Shown: positions 35,548-48,152 of the stretch, in pieces
How positions within the stretch are numbered: the stretch's first letter is position 1
Layout: each line of letters opens with the position of its first letter
Assembly (NCBI RefSeq): GCF_009914755.1
Contig: NC_060933.1
Length of the DNA: 64,000 nt
Reading direction: 5' to 3' (one strand)
Source: the human T2T-CHM13v2.0 reference genome, Homo sapiens
Translations under genes and position numbers: made by a program
The notes under the pieces: generated by a model
Told to the model about the DNA's origin: nothing
The model's input: only the letters and a program-made list of their open reading frames with translations
Database searches by the model: none

Positions 35548-37113
35548 TAAATTCCACTTTCTCTCTCCTAGGTTGTATTTAAATTTGACTGAATATCTGG
35601 ATGGCTAAGAACAGACATTTATCTTACACATGGAAAACTGACGAAACCTATAAGCCTATGTGTTTGACAGTGAAGTATGTTTTATGGACTTAAATGCCAC
35701 AAACAGTTAAGTCCATTGGCTTGGAGATGACAAGCACGAGTTTCTGGTATGTCTAGTGTTCTCATTCACTGATTCAGTCAGTACACAGATAATCACTATA
35801 GAGAACTTAAGAGGCTGGCTTATGTTATACCTAAATTTTTACTTTCTTGTATACAACAATGCTAAAATTGAGCAGATTGATAACTGCCAGCAAACCATAG
35901 ATTTAAGATAAATGAATGATTTACCCAACCCTAAAATTCCATGGGTAAAAATTTTGATTCCTTTATTTTCAATACTGCGTTCCTTATAGGTCTTACATGC
36001 ATATGCAAGGATATTTTATCTTATTCATTCATTTCATACTCTCAAAACACCAAACTTCAAAAAGTTAATTATTGTCATAATGCATTATTCCATGTGTGGT
36101 GTCAATACATTTTAGCGGACAAAGAAGAAACATGCCAGTTAAAACATTTCTGCTACTGGGATTCTTTATTAATTATTTGAGAATGTTATTTTGCTAGTTC
36201 TTAAGGTTAAGTTTTTCATCAAAGACTCAGGTACCTATTATTGTTCCCTGGTGAAACTGAGGAGAAAAGTTAATCAACCAGGTTACTCCCACAGTTTGCC
36301 CGTGTGTTATGTATCAGTTATACAGGTATCCCACCAAGTTCAAGTCAAAAGAAATTCCTAACTTTGTATATTTCTGGAGCTATAAAACCCCTGATTTAAG
36401 ACAGCTTTTCTCTTTTTTCGAGGCAGCTTTTCTTTATGCTTATTTCAATCAAATGTAACACGCCTGTCAAATTACATGTAACACATTAGCTAATGAAGAT
36501 AGGCAACTGAAAATGTTGTCATGAACATGTCAACCTGCTTGGTAGTTGAATTTGACTTTTATATAATAGTGGATACACATGCACAGAAGTTACTAGAGAA
36601 GCAATAGCTATTTCTTTAAACATTCTTCAGGCATCAGTACCATTTAAGGACAATTAGACATTCTAGTTTTACTAGGAGAAAGGTCAGTCATCTCTAACAT
36701 TGTGTTGCAGAATTACACGACACAAACATAAACACATTTCTGCCTATTAAACCAGTTTCTTTGTTTCTAAAGAGTTTAATGATACAGGTTTGCTATTTCC
36801 ATTAGAGCATCCTTTTTCTGGCCAATCGGACAAAATAGAGTTAGCAAAGCCCTCACAGCACCCTATGAAAAATCTCTGCTCTTATACAGGATTAGATGCA
36901 GACCTCATCTTGACCTAACATCTGTAACCAGGTAAGTGTATGAGTAGGAACACAGACAGCAGTACTGTATCAGCAAAATCTATCATATTATTTGAAATCA
37001 CTGGATATAATATTAATTATAAAGTGTATGGTTCTCTCCAGTTGTTCACATACCAAATCCCAGTCAGTTCTCAGATTCAGATAGATGTATCTGCAATTTC
37101 TCCAAGCAGCTAA

Positions 37114-37348
<235 letters not shown>

Positions 37349-37427
37349 TAATCAAAACACATACGTACATACACACACATACCAGCCCAAAAGAGGTGTT
37401 AAAACATACATATTACACGTACTTTTT

Positions 37428-37460
37428 GGAGGGGTGGGGTGGGGTGGGATGGGGTGGGGG
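37428..37460 (+). repeat. (GGGGT)n G-quadruplex-forming tract
   Basis: Six G-runs of 3-5 nt with 1-2 nt loops. Confidence 0.9.
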
Positions 37461-38013
37461 TTATCTATCTCAAAATTACCTTTTGGTGCCTTGTCAAGCT
37501 GTGGAGTTTTGACCACACACACAAATTGAGCCAATGAACAATTTCAATGATCCTGAAAGTTCTTAAGTCTTATGAATAATTATCAAGAGTTCTGAGAAGT
37601 TATCTGTAAATCAGCCTATGACACCATTTCTTGAGAGTTATGATTAAAGAAACAGCAATTATGCTTGAAGCGAACATACATCAACTAGTTAGAGCAAGGT
37701 CAGCCTGTACAAGCTGACATAAATTATGAGAATGATGCTCTATCTCTAGAATTGGAATATTCTGTGGCTTCTTTGTAAAACTATAGATCTGGTGGGTCAT
37801 GGGAAGAAAGGGAGGGTGAACAAAAGATAAATATTACCTTTATTTTTTATCATCTTGAGCTTACTGTTTAGTTACCCCGTTTCCCAAAACAGCACAACCT
37901 CTGTGACCAGTTAACTAAGAAATTATTTCCTTGGCAGCAAACCCAGAATTCCATCACTTACTCTTGTAAATAGCAAGAAAGTAATTTACTAGCAGAGTTT
38001 GATAGAAAAATTC

Positions 38014-38019
38014 TTTAAT
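38014..38019 (-). terminator. PSIP1: ATTAAA: candidate distal p75 poly(A) signal
   Basis: tttaat on the + strand at the end of a repeat-free ~1.4-kb 3'UTR. Confidence 0.6.
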
Positions 38020-38534
38020 GAAAACAAGTTTACACGTTGAACTTATGGCTTAACTAGAATAAATCTAAGTAAGTTAAAACTGTATAAGGACCAAACAGAT
38101 AATGACTGGTATATATGCAGGTTCTCTCAAAACGGTGATTCCTAGTTCCATTATAAGACCTCTTTAAAAGCAAAAATGCAATTCTGTAGATGAAAACAGT
38201 TATCTCAGAGGGTCAACCACACAATGTCATACAGAGACGCTGGTCTTAAGCCATTTTTTTCCATATTCATATAATTTCAAAACATGAGAAGTATCCTACT
38301 TGCTGAGAAGTGCCAAATGACCCTAATATTCAAAATATCTTAGAAATGCTATCCTTTAGTTAACATACCCTTAAATTTTGTAACATTGATTTTACCCTGG
38401 ATTTAGTCCATACACGTCAATGTACAGACTTATCAAAGTACAATGCTGGAACAACTAGTGTTTGTATTTTTGGAATCTAGAAAATAAAAACAATATAGCC
38501 ATGATTTCAAATAGGTGAGTTTCCTTATATAACA

Positions 38535-38550
38535 TTTATTCATATTTATT
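38535..38550 (-). terminator. PSIP1: Tandem AATAAA pair: candidate proximal p75 poly(A) site
   Basis: tttatt at 38535-38540 and 38545-38550. Confidence 0.55.
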
Positions 38551-39451
38551 GTATAAGCATCATGATTTTTTCTTCCAATTAAGTTTTAGTGACTTCCTAA
38601 AGACATTTTTAACAACATTCCTCAAAAATAAACTTACTTAGTTTTCAGTTTTAGTTACTAGTGCCTGCCTATAAAAGGACCTTAAATGATTTAACCCTAA
38701 AGCCAGATTCATTCCTATATATACCCAGTCAGTTGTCTGCAAAGAAGTCCTAAGACTTCACTGAATGCCCAGCCACAAAACTAAATTACCTTCAAAAATT
38801 AATGTTTTATAGTTTGTAGAATTCTCAGTTCAATGTCAGTTGCTTAATTAGTTGTCATACCAAAAAAAACCATACAGAGCACACATTGTTCCAAAGAAGC
38901 TGGATAATGTAGCACAATGTAGACTGTGAGATTAAAATTAACTTTTGATAAAAAGGGAGTGAGTACTTGTATAGAAGTAACATTTTATCTACCATAAAAA
39001 TGTGTAACTTCTACAAAACCCACAAACAGTGAAAAGACAGTCTGGTAAATCCAAGGTTTGTAAAAACTATGCACAAAACCCACAGTATTTGGGAAAAGAG
39101 GCAAGGTTTATACAAGTAGCAGTTTTAAAAATGTAACTTTGTTCTACTATCAATTACACATTAACATACACACACTAATTGAAAATATGCTACAACCATG
39201 TCTGGAAAAGCAGTTTAACATTTTCTAAATGGATTTTATCCCACATTTACTGTATAATGTAGCTGTTAATACTGCACAAGTACACTTAGCGATAATGTTT
39301 ACTTTACTTTAAAACAAAGGGATTTTCTCCCTCAAAACAAGTTTTCAACATCAAACCTATGCTTATAAAAATTTAAAACTTTCAGCAGTCTATTTCAAAT
39401 GAAAACCATTACAAACTTCTCAAGTGTTCTCTATATTCCAGGTATGTCAAC

Positions 39452-39512
39452 CTAGTTATCTAGTGTAGAATCCTTCAGAGATATTTCAGTCTCTCTCTCT
39501 TCACTGGATGGC
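39452..39512 (-). CDS. PSIP1: PSIP1 p75 last coding exon 16 (PSSEERETEISLKDSTLDN*)
   Basis: ttcttcag acceptor; TAG at 39452-39454; known p75 C-terminus. Confidence 0.97.
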
Positions 39513-40679
39513 CTGAAGAAAAGGGGGAAAGGTACAACTGGAATTAGGATTTTCTCCTGATGAAGGAAAAAAAGACATTAAGTCTGCATTATATTTTTAA
39601 ACCCATGAAAAGACTGAAACCAACCAAACAAAAGAAAAACTTGACTTGTTATTAGAACAGTCATTATTATTTTTTTCTTCTTCAAAACTGTTATTTTACC
39701 ATGTTGTATCTTCTTCCCAAAGTAATATGCAGATGAAGCAAAATAACTCAGCAAAGTGTCATGGACCAAGCCCTTTCCATCATTTCTAGCATAAAAGTGA
39801 ATTCTCTTTAAAGAACATGAGAATGTTTTATATCTGTGATACCAACATATTTCAAAATCTTAATAAAAAGAGAGGTTGATACACACATAGACAACAAGAT
39901 TTCCCTCAATTTCAGAATTAGAAGGGATGCTTCTATCTAACTCCTTCAGATACACAGTGGAACAAAGCAAGACTTCAACTATGGCTCCATAGCCTATTTT
40001 AGGGTGGGTATTAAAAAATAGCCTGTGATGGCCGGGCATGTTGGCTCACAGCTGTAATCCCAACACTGGGAAGCCAAGGTGGGTGGATCACCTGAGGTCA
40101 GGAGTTCGAGGCCGGGCTGGCCAACATGGTGAAACCTCATCTCTACTAAAAATACAAAAAATTAGATGGGCGTGGTGGCAGGTGCCTGTAATCCCAGCTA
40201 CTTGGGAGGCTGAGGCAGGAGAATCGCTTGAACCCAGGAAGTGGAGGTTGCAGTGAGCACGATCGTGCCATTGCACTCCAGCCTGAGCAACAAGAGTGAA
40301 ACTCTGTCTCAAAGAAAAAACAACAACAACAAAACTGTGATTCTCCATCTAACTTTTTACAATTATCCTTTCACAATTCAAGAAAGTGTGAATGCAAGTC
40401 ATTACTAACAGTATCTCAGTAAAAGTAGTCCAGGAGCAAATATTTTCTTTTTAACTGGGTTCCCAGCTAGTTCCATTCCCTTGAATTCAGTGGCAAAGTC
40501 ACTGTCAATAAAAGGTTTTTACTCTTCTTCCTTTTTGAATTGTAACTTGCTTACTGAATTCAGGAATTGGGTGATCAAAAGATAACTGCTTATTATAGTA
40601 AGATAACCTTGGAACAGAACTGTGATTAAAAACCTGAATAATAAAAAACACACAAGACCCATTAAAACCTATTCCTCAC

Positions 40680-40791
40680 TTTTTCTTCGTGCTGGCTTCA
40701 TGGTTGTCTTTGCTGTCTTCATTGCTCTCCCCGTTATGTTGTGGCTGATTACCATCTTGAGCATCAGATCCTCCATTTAGAGTCTTTGACC
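40680..40791 (-). CDS. PSIP1: PSIP1 exon 15 (SKTLNGGSDAQDGNQPQHNGESNEDSKDNHEASTKK)
   Basis: aag/gtgagg sites, 112 nt. Confidence 0.96.
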
Positions 40792-42556
40792 CTTGCGAAG
40801 GAATCCAATGGAAAAACTTTGTTAAAGCTTACAAAACAATAATTGAAGGTGTCCACTAAAGATCCAGAATCAAAATACAACATGGCCATCGTGTTTCTAC
40901 TACTTAATGTCTTTTATTTGAAATTACATTGTAATACAGCCCTCTCTTGAATGTTAGAATTGGGTTTTGATGCTTTGTCAAAAAGGGGAGCAGATGACCA
41001 CCAGAGGCTTTGGGTAGCTAAGGCACCATAAAAAGCAGGTTAACTATCTATGAGTACAGGAAGTGGATTATTAATCTGATTATTCTGGTTGTTACTATTA
41101 CCAGGAATACTACAGGGTGTTGTAATTCTTAGCATATTCATTTATTCTACCACGGAAAAGCAATGTGAATCAAATTTTAAAATTTACTATTTTAGAACAA
41201 AGTGCTAAAGGAGTATTTCCTAATTGATATTTTTGTGCCTAATAAAGGGGGTTTTCCTGTAAGTCGTATTAATAATTCTCTAAGGGGACCCATGTCATTC
41301 CCCAATAAAGCAACAAAAACAAAAAACCAACCGACTGCTTTTGAAATGCCAGCTTTTACCTTAAGCAGCTGCCACTAAGATGTTTAATAACAAGACTGGA
41401 GGAGCTGATAATGGTACTATGATTCTGTTTTAAGAGTCTTTCATACATTCTGAAATGTTTATGAGTGAAATGGTATGTCAGGGATTTTTCGTAAAACAAC
41501 TTTCAAGAGGGGCATAGAGAAAGCTTATGGGCTACAAAAGCACAATGATCATAAACTGAACTGCCAAAGCTGGATGACAAGGACATGAGAAGTTATTTCT
41601 ATTTGTATAAGTTATAAATTTTTCCTAATACAAATGAAAAGAAAATAACTACTGTTAGTAATAAGTACTAGCAGGATTTAACTACTGCTAAAGTTAGTGA
41701 AAAAAGTAGAAGCTAAGGTTCAGTGCCTTACATATATGCTACACATCTAAGTGCTTTGTAAGACTTTATCACCAGGCGCGGTGGCTCATGCCTGTAATCC
41801 CAGCACTTTGGGAAGCCACGGCAGGTGGATTACCATAGGTCGGGAGTTCAAGACCAGCCTGACCAACATGGAGAAACCCCGTGCCTACTAAAAATACAAA
41901 ATTAGCTAGGTGTGGTGGCGTATGCCTGTAATCCCAGCTACTCTGGAGGTTGAGGCAGGAGAATCGCTTGAACCCAGAAGGTGGAGGGTTGTGGTGAGCC
42001 GAGATCACGCCACTGCACTCCAGCCTGGACAACAAGAGCGAAACTCCATCTTTTAAAAAAAAAAAAAAAAAGGACATGGCATTAATACTGTGAAGTCTGT
42101 TCAGGGTAACTCAGCAGCATCATCAGAATACCTGTATCAAGTAATGGCAGGTGTAGTCTCCACCTATGAGGCTGTGTTTTAATTTAAAAGGCTACTGTAC
42201 GCTATTTTACTTTTTAGGTGAGAAGAAAACAGAAGCAGCTGAGCAACCAGGAAGTGGGTACTCTAGGGATTAGGAGGCATTGTGATGGATGGGTTTTTAA
42301 AAATTGTTTATCCAGAGTCATCTGCCTCATGAGCAATGGTTTCTGCAGAAGTCGAATATAAACTGACATGATTTTTTGTTCTCAATGCACACTGCTCTAG
42401 TCCTTCAACAGGCCCATCAGATTTTCACCATTTTGCCTTTGTATACTTTTTCTGTGGCGTATACACAGTGAAACTATGTATGAAAGCCATTTTTAAAAGC
42501 AGTCCTGGCAAATGGTTTAAAAACTGGTGTGAAATTGTTGGCTTTTTACCACATAC

Positions 42557-42770
42557 CTGTTTGTTCCTTCTCTAGCTTTTTGTTTGGCCCTTTCTTCCCT
42601 TGATCTTTGGTTTTATTCGCTTCCTCATGCTGTCTTTGTTCAGCAAGAGATTTATTCAGCACTTGGGTGATCACGGAATCTCCTTCACCAACCAAGAACA
42701 TGTTCTTAAACTTGTTATACAACATTGTAGACTTTTCCATGATTACCTGACTAACTTTGAATCGCCGTAT
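42557..42770 (-). CDS. PSIP1: PSIP1 exon 14 ([30 protein letters not shown]...KLEKEQT), IBD end
   Basis: cag/gtatgt sites, 214 nt; ORF 42546..42782 in the track. Confidence 0.98.
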
Positions 42771-42883
42771 CTGAGAAAACAATATACATTCATCATAATT
42801 GTTTTCCTAATTGATTTTTTAAACAATTTTTAAATGAAGTAATGACAAAATTCAAAGAATCCACATGACTTGAAATCACTTAC

Positions 42884-42985
42884 TTTTTTCAGTGTAGTAA
42901 TCATCTCTGTGTGTTTCTGAGCTTGTTGCATTGTGACCTGAAGTGAAGCAAGTTCATCCAAGGCCTCAATGCATCTGTTCACATC
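42884..42985 (-). CDS. PSIP1: PSIP1 exon 13 ([34 protein letters not shown]), IBD
   Basis: aag/gtaagt sites, 102 nt. Confidence 0.97.
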
Positions 42986-43192
42986 CTTCATGACAAAACA
43001 GTAATTTCATAGCTGTTAATTATCTTAACACTTAAACAATCTGTTTCTAAAGATCGTTTCCAAAAAAAAAGAGGTAGTGCAAAATGACCAGTAATTATCC
43101 CTTAAATTTACATACTCATAAGATCATGTGAGAAAATAAAAGATGAAGCTATAAATGCAGTACTGAAGTATTAAATGAAGTTAAACACTTAC

Positions 43193-43263
43193 AAGATTAT
43201 CAATTTTGAGTGAATTTTTAATCTCAGCATGTATCCTTTGAAGTCGAGAATCCATTGATGTTT
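43193..43263 (-). CDS. PSIP1: PSIP1 exon 12 (TSMDSRLQRIHAEIKNSLKIDNL), start of integrase-binding domain
   Basis: tag/gtaagt sites, 71 nt; KIDNL loop that contacts lentiviral integrase. Confidence 0.97.
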
Positions 43264-43864
43264 CTACAAATTAAAATATGTGAAAAACAGTGAACAGTTT
43301 TTCCAAAACCAGTATTTCTATATACAGGCTAAGTATAATGAATTAGTGGACTTAAAAAAAAAATGTTCTTAGTAATCTTTACTAAGAAGCTCAAAGATAT
43401 GCACAATAGCTTAACTAAGAATAAGTACTTATTGCCATTTTTAGTGGTTGAGAAAAGCAACATGCAGTGTAAAAGCACAAAACCACCACTTGGCTGCGTT
43501 TTTCCTAAAATAAATAGTCTGCATATGATAACTCCTCTGCTCTCCAGTCCCCAAACACCTGCTTTTCCTTATGTTTAACCAAGGGATTTGTCTGAAATGG
43601 GAAAGCATCCAGCTTTCAGCAAGTGTACTAAAATTTGACACCATCAAATAATTAATGAGCAGTAAACATAAACAACTCAAGCAAGTTCACTTGATTATGC
43701 TTAAAATACAATGCAATTTATATAAAGCCCATTAGGGATTTGAAAAATTCTATTTGTAGGATATGAGTATAAAATTATTCCAAAACCAATACATGAAAAG
43801 TTATGTCTATTTAACTTCTTTTCCATGTATAATTTTATGTATCTTAGAAAGTGAAATAACTAAC

Positions 43865-43920
43865 CTCGCTTCTTCTCCACTTTCTTAACTTCTGGCTTCT
43901 TTCCTTCATCTTTATTCTGC
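43865..43920 (-). CDS. PSIP1: PSIP1 p75 exon 11 (QNKDEGKKPEVKKVEKKR)
   Basis: tag/gttagt sites, 56 nt. Confidence 0.96.
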
Positions 43921-44581
43921 CTATCAAATGTTAACAAAAATATTTCAACACATTGGAATTTTGTGACTAAATGCCCACAATCCCTATGTAAAAGCTAAAA
44001 ATGTTTTCCTTAAAATAAGTCAATAGCCTAGACTGCAAAGGAACTGACTGTAGCTCTTAGAATGGTGCAGTTCCGTAGCATAAATATAAGCAAAACTCTA
44101 ATTAACATGCTAGATTAAATCATATCTGGCTTTTCAGTGACATCACAAATAGTGTGTTGCTAGAAGAGCAATTTCAGGGTCACTGGACAAACAGGCCACA
44201 ATGGGAAGATGACACCTATAAATGTTTAATGGCTTCTACATCCATTCTTTTTTAAAGCTGCATCTTAAAATAGACCAATTTAATCATTGTGCATGTAACA
44301 AGCAGATTAATGAGTTCTGAAGTTAGCTTTAAAGTTAAATAGACTTAAGATAACACTGTTTTTAAAATTTTGGCCAATTCATCAAACTTGAATGACGTCC
44401 AGTAACATTCACTAACATTTCACAAAAGGTACCATTTTATTGTCAATCACAAAAATAACCACTTAAAATTGAAATCTTAATTTCTAGTACCTTGGCTTAG
44501 AGTTCAGGCCATATTATGAACCAATTCAAATAGACAAGAACAAAAAATATCTAAAAATCAGGTTTTTTTTTTAAAAAAAAC

Positions 44582-44587
44582 TTTATT
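44582..44587 (-). terminator. PSIP1: Candidate p52 poly(A) signal AATAAA (another at 44658-44663)
   Basis: tttatt on the + strand about 550 nt after the p52 stop. Confidence 0.5.
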
Positions 44588-45132
44588 TTAAAATTTTGGT
44601 TACAGTTTCATTCTTAACAAGTCTACTACTGTTTAATCTCTCAGGATTAAAAAAACATTTATTAAGATTCTAAAGAATTAAACAACAAAGGAATGTCAAG
44701 AGAAGGGCCCCATTCTCAGGGATATAACTGCTATTCCAGTTTAATAACTAGCTTCAAAACAAAATGAATTTTTATATTTTCTAGATGAATAATGTACAAC
44801 CACCATCTTCGTCTGAGCTTGTTATTACTTTCAAACACAAAGCTTCATTTTAAGCTTGGTTAAAAAAAAAAAAAAAAAAAAAAACAGGAATGATGGCCGA
44901 CCTTAGTATGTAGTGTGTACCTTACAGGAAATTTGTTAATCATAACACAGTAATGCCATTAATAATGAAGTCCTCAATTTAGAATCTGGAACATTCTTCC
45001 ATCAATGGGGGGAAGGGGGAAATTCAGTCCAATGAGTCTGTATCAAGATCTTCATCTCTTGTTTGCTCCACTTGTATTCTCTTTTCAGTAACTGGATTAA
45101 TGCTTTGAGCCCAAAATGAGATATATTTTTTA

Positions 45133-45157
45133 TTACTGTAGATTACATGTTGTTTGG
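45133..45157 (-). CDS. PSIP1: PSIP1 p52-specific terminal exon, coding part (HQTTCNLQ*)
   Basis: ttcccag acceptor; CA+C CAA ACA ACA TGT AAT CTA CAG TAA gives the known p52 C-terminus. Confidence 0.95.
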
Positions 45158-45224
45158 CTGGGAATACAATACAATAAACTTTATTTTGCATAATGCATTT
45201 CACACAAGCTGCATCTGAAATGCT

Positions 45225-45237
45225 TTACAGAGCAAAA
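45225..45237 (-). CDS. PSIP1: Alternative upstream acceptor of the p52 terminal exon giving the tail HFAL*
   Basis: cag at 45238-45240; CA+T TTT GCT CTG TAA; matches my recollection of a minor short isoform (unverified). Confidence 0.6.
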
Positions 45238-46557
45238 CTGTCCAAGTACAAAGTTTTGTAATAACAGGAGAAGGAAAGAAAACACAAATATTAGAATTTG
45301 AGAAAGTTACATTGGAGGACATTCAAAAGAAACTGAAATACATAAAGATAACTTTAAGATACTAAAGAAGGGTTGGGCTACATATACTAGTAACAACTAA
45401 TTTTATATCTTAATTTTGAGATCACAATAAAGTCAAAAGCAACAAACAGTCCAACAGCTTTTCAGTGAAAAGATAGAATAGAAAATGATAGGTGACAAAG
45501 AATAACTTAAATATTTACAGAAGTGCTTAAAGTCTAACATTAGAGGGAATAATATTTTTGAGCTTTAGATAAGTTATTTAAATTACTCCCTCAAGGAGCT
45601 AAAACTACTTGTATATCCTCCAAACTAAGAAAGCAGAGTAAAACGCTGTACTTGTCAAGAAAGACTTTGGCTTACGGATATATTATATAAAGAAAAAAAG
45701 TACAAAATTATTCAAGAATTGTTTTACTGCTCATCATTAACTTTGTCTTATTGACCTAGAGCATGTTTTAAAAATCACCTCACTAAAACAACAACAAAAA
45801 AACAAAATTTAGTCAGAATGTAAGACGCTTCACGAGAAAAGAAAAGCATGTCAGAGAAAGAACTCAGAAGTGACAGTCTAAAGGTAACTAGGAAAGCAAA
45901 TGTAATAAAGACACGAAGTCTGTTCATTATTATCATTGCTATTACTTTTCCTTCTAGTAATAAAATTATATAGTAAGGGGAAAGAAATTCCCCATGGCAA
46001 GTCCTGTCTCTATAAGTATCAAAATTTAAGAGAAAACAGCTTTGAATTTGATTTATATTGCACATACATAATAATGTACACCCTGTCAGCCTTTAGATTT
46101 ACTTTTACTGGCTTCCTGGGTTTCCAAATGTGCTTTTGTTACTTTTGCTGGTCTTTAGGGTGAGGCCTGCTTGGTGGTGTGATGAATAAGGGCATTTCCT
46201 GCATTCTTTGTCTACCAGTATATTATCGCCCCTCTATCTATATGTATTATATTATACAAACAAATGGTTGAGGATGAGTACACTTCTTGCAAAGCCAGTA
46301 TCAATTAAATCCTATCTGCACTTCGTTTAAATTCAAAAGTAATTCACAGAGTGACTGCCTCAGTCAATTTCATCCTCTCAGAAGAGAATGAAGCCTGAAA
46401 TAAGATCATCATCATATATTGAAGATTTTTCTAACACATGGGAAAAGTCACTTCTTCAAAAGGCTTCATAAAGTCTGGAAAATGAAAGTCTATTATTTAA
46501 AAATTCCATGCTAGCCTTTAAAAAGAACCCAAAATTTAGAAAAAAAAAAATACTTAC

Positions 46558-46676
46558 TGCTCAGTTTCCATTTGTTCCTCTTGCTTGCGTTTTCGATCTG
46601 CTGCTTCTTTCTCATGTTGGCCTTTCAGCATATTCCTTCTGTGAGCAGTCTGAAAGTTCCTCCCACCTTTTCTCTT
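46558..46676 (-). CDS. PSIP1: PSIP1 exon 10 (KRKGGRNFQTAHRRNMLKGQHEKEAADRKRKQEEQMETE), last exon shared by p75 and p52
   Basis: cag/gtaagt sites, 119 nt, ends in phase 2 (CA). Confidence 0.97.
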
Positions 46677-47923
46677 CTGTTTTGAGAATTAGGATGGTTT
46701 TATTTAACTATAAAGTCAGTGACTAGTGCTTATGGAATTATAATCTTGGGGGAAAAGCAGCAGCTAGTTTTTAAAAAAGGGATGAATACTCAAATTAGCA
46801 ACCTAAAAATAGTCTTTGAATTACACCTATCTCTGCAAGTTTAACTTTGATTAATGACCGTGAAATAATCATCTTGTTTTATGCCCTGCTATAGGAGTGA
46901 TGTCCTTTGGATAAAATATAGTATGTCAGTCTGTTTGCCTCTCTACAGAGTGATTTGACTTGAGTACTGACAAGCACACTACATGACCTATCCAATTTAA
47001 AATGTTTGGTTTCTAAAAGATTAAGAAATGAGCCAAAAATCAGATGAAAGTAAACAAAAGATTTGCATGACCTGAATCTGTAAATCTCTAAGGCTATACA
47101 CAAAATTTTATTTTTCTACACAAAAGGATACACAGCTTTAATGAGGTTCCCAACAACTATGGCGTCCAAATAAATTTACATACCACTGATAAAATGTACA
47201 ATAGGCCTGAAGGGTGTTAAGAACTTCTTGGGGGTAAATAACAAAAATCTCTATATAAATCCACCTCTTTTAACATTTGTCTTCACTGGCCACAGCCTAT
47301 TTCATCTACCTTTTCTAGACAGATGGGGTTATTGGAAAGGTACTGTTTACTTAATTTCCAGATCATAATTGTAAAATAGATGAATTTAGAGAACAGATAA
47401 TAAAGGGACGTTTTCAATATGCTTTGTAACACAGCTAATTCAAGTCTATTCAAAAAGGTAAACAAATTCATTTTAACTGCCACTGATATTTATAGACTTC
47501 CTCCAAAATATTAAAAGCTCTTAAACTGGGCAGATTAAGAAATACATAAATGGCCAGGTGTGGTGCCTGTAATCCCGGCACTTTGGGAGGCCAAGGTGGG
47601 AGGTTCACCTGAGATCAGGAGTTCAAGACCAGCCTGACCAAGATTGCAAAACCTTGTCTCCACTAAAAATACAAAAATTAGCCGGTAGTGGTGGCACATG
47701 CCTGTACTTCCAGCTACTCAGGAGGCTAAGGCTGGAGAATTACTTGAATCCAGGAGGCAGAGGTTGCAGTGAACCAAGATTGTGCCACTGCACTCCAGCC
47801 TAAGCAACACAGCGAGACTCCATCTCAAACAAAAAAAAAACAAAAAAAAAAACAAAGAAAAAACAAAAAATATATATATAAACTAAGAATAGAACAGCCA
47901 TTTTATATATGTAAACTTTATAC

Positions 47924-48152
47924 CTTTTCACCTTCTTGATCATCTCCTTCTTCTTCAGAATCGGAGGTTGAAGTAACCCCTGTTTTAGCTAAATTTTTCC
48001 TTTTTGATTCAACTTCTTTCTTCCCCTCTTTTTTATCCGGCTCTTTTCTTGGCTTATCTTCTTCCTTCTGGCCCTCTTCATCCTTCTTAGGCTGCTTTTT
48101 AGGTTGTTTTTCCTCTTGCCCCTTTTTCTTACTTTTGTCCTCTTCAGTAATG
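47924..48152 (-). CDS. PSIP1: PSIP1 exon 9 (ITEEDKSKKK...TSDSEEEGDDQEGEK), charged region
   Basis: tag/gtataa sites, 229 nt open frame, phase-compatible. Confidence 0.97.

Noticed and set aside
42132-42171. Possible 40-nt poison exon in PSIP1 intron 14 (cag...CAG|gtattc, early TAG)
   Set aside because: Weak donor and A-rich acceptor; not supportable from sequence alone
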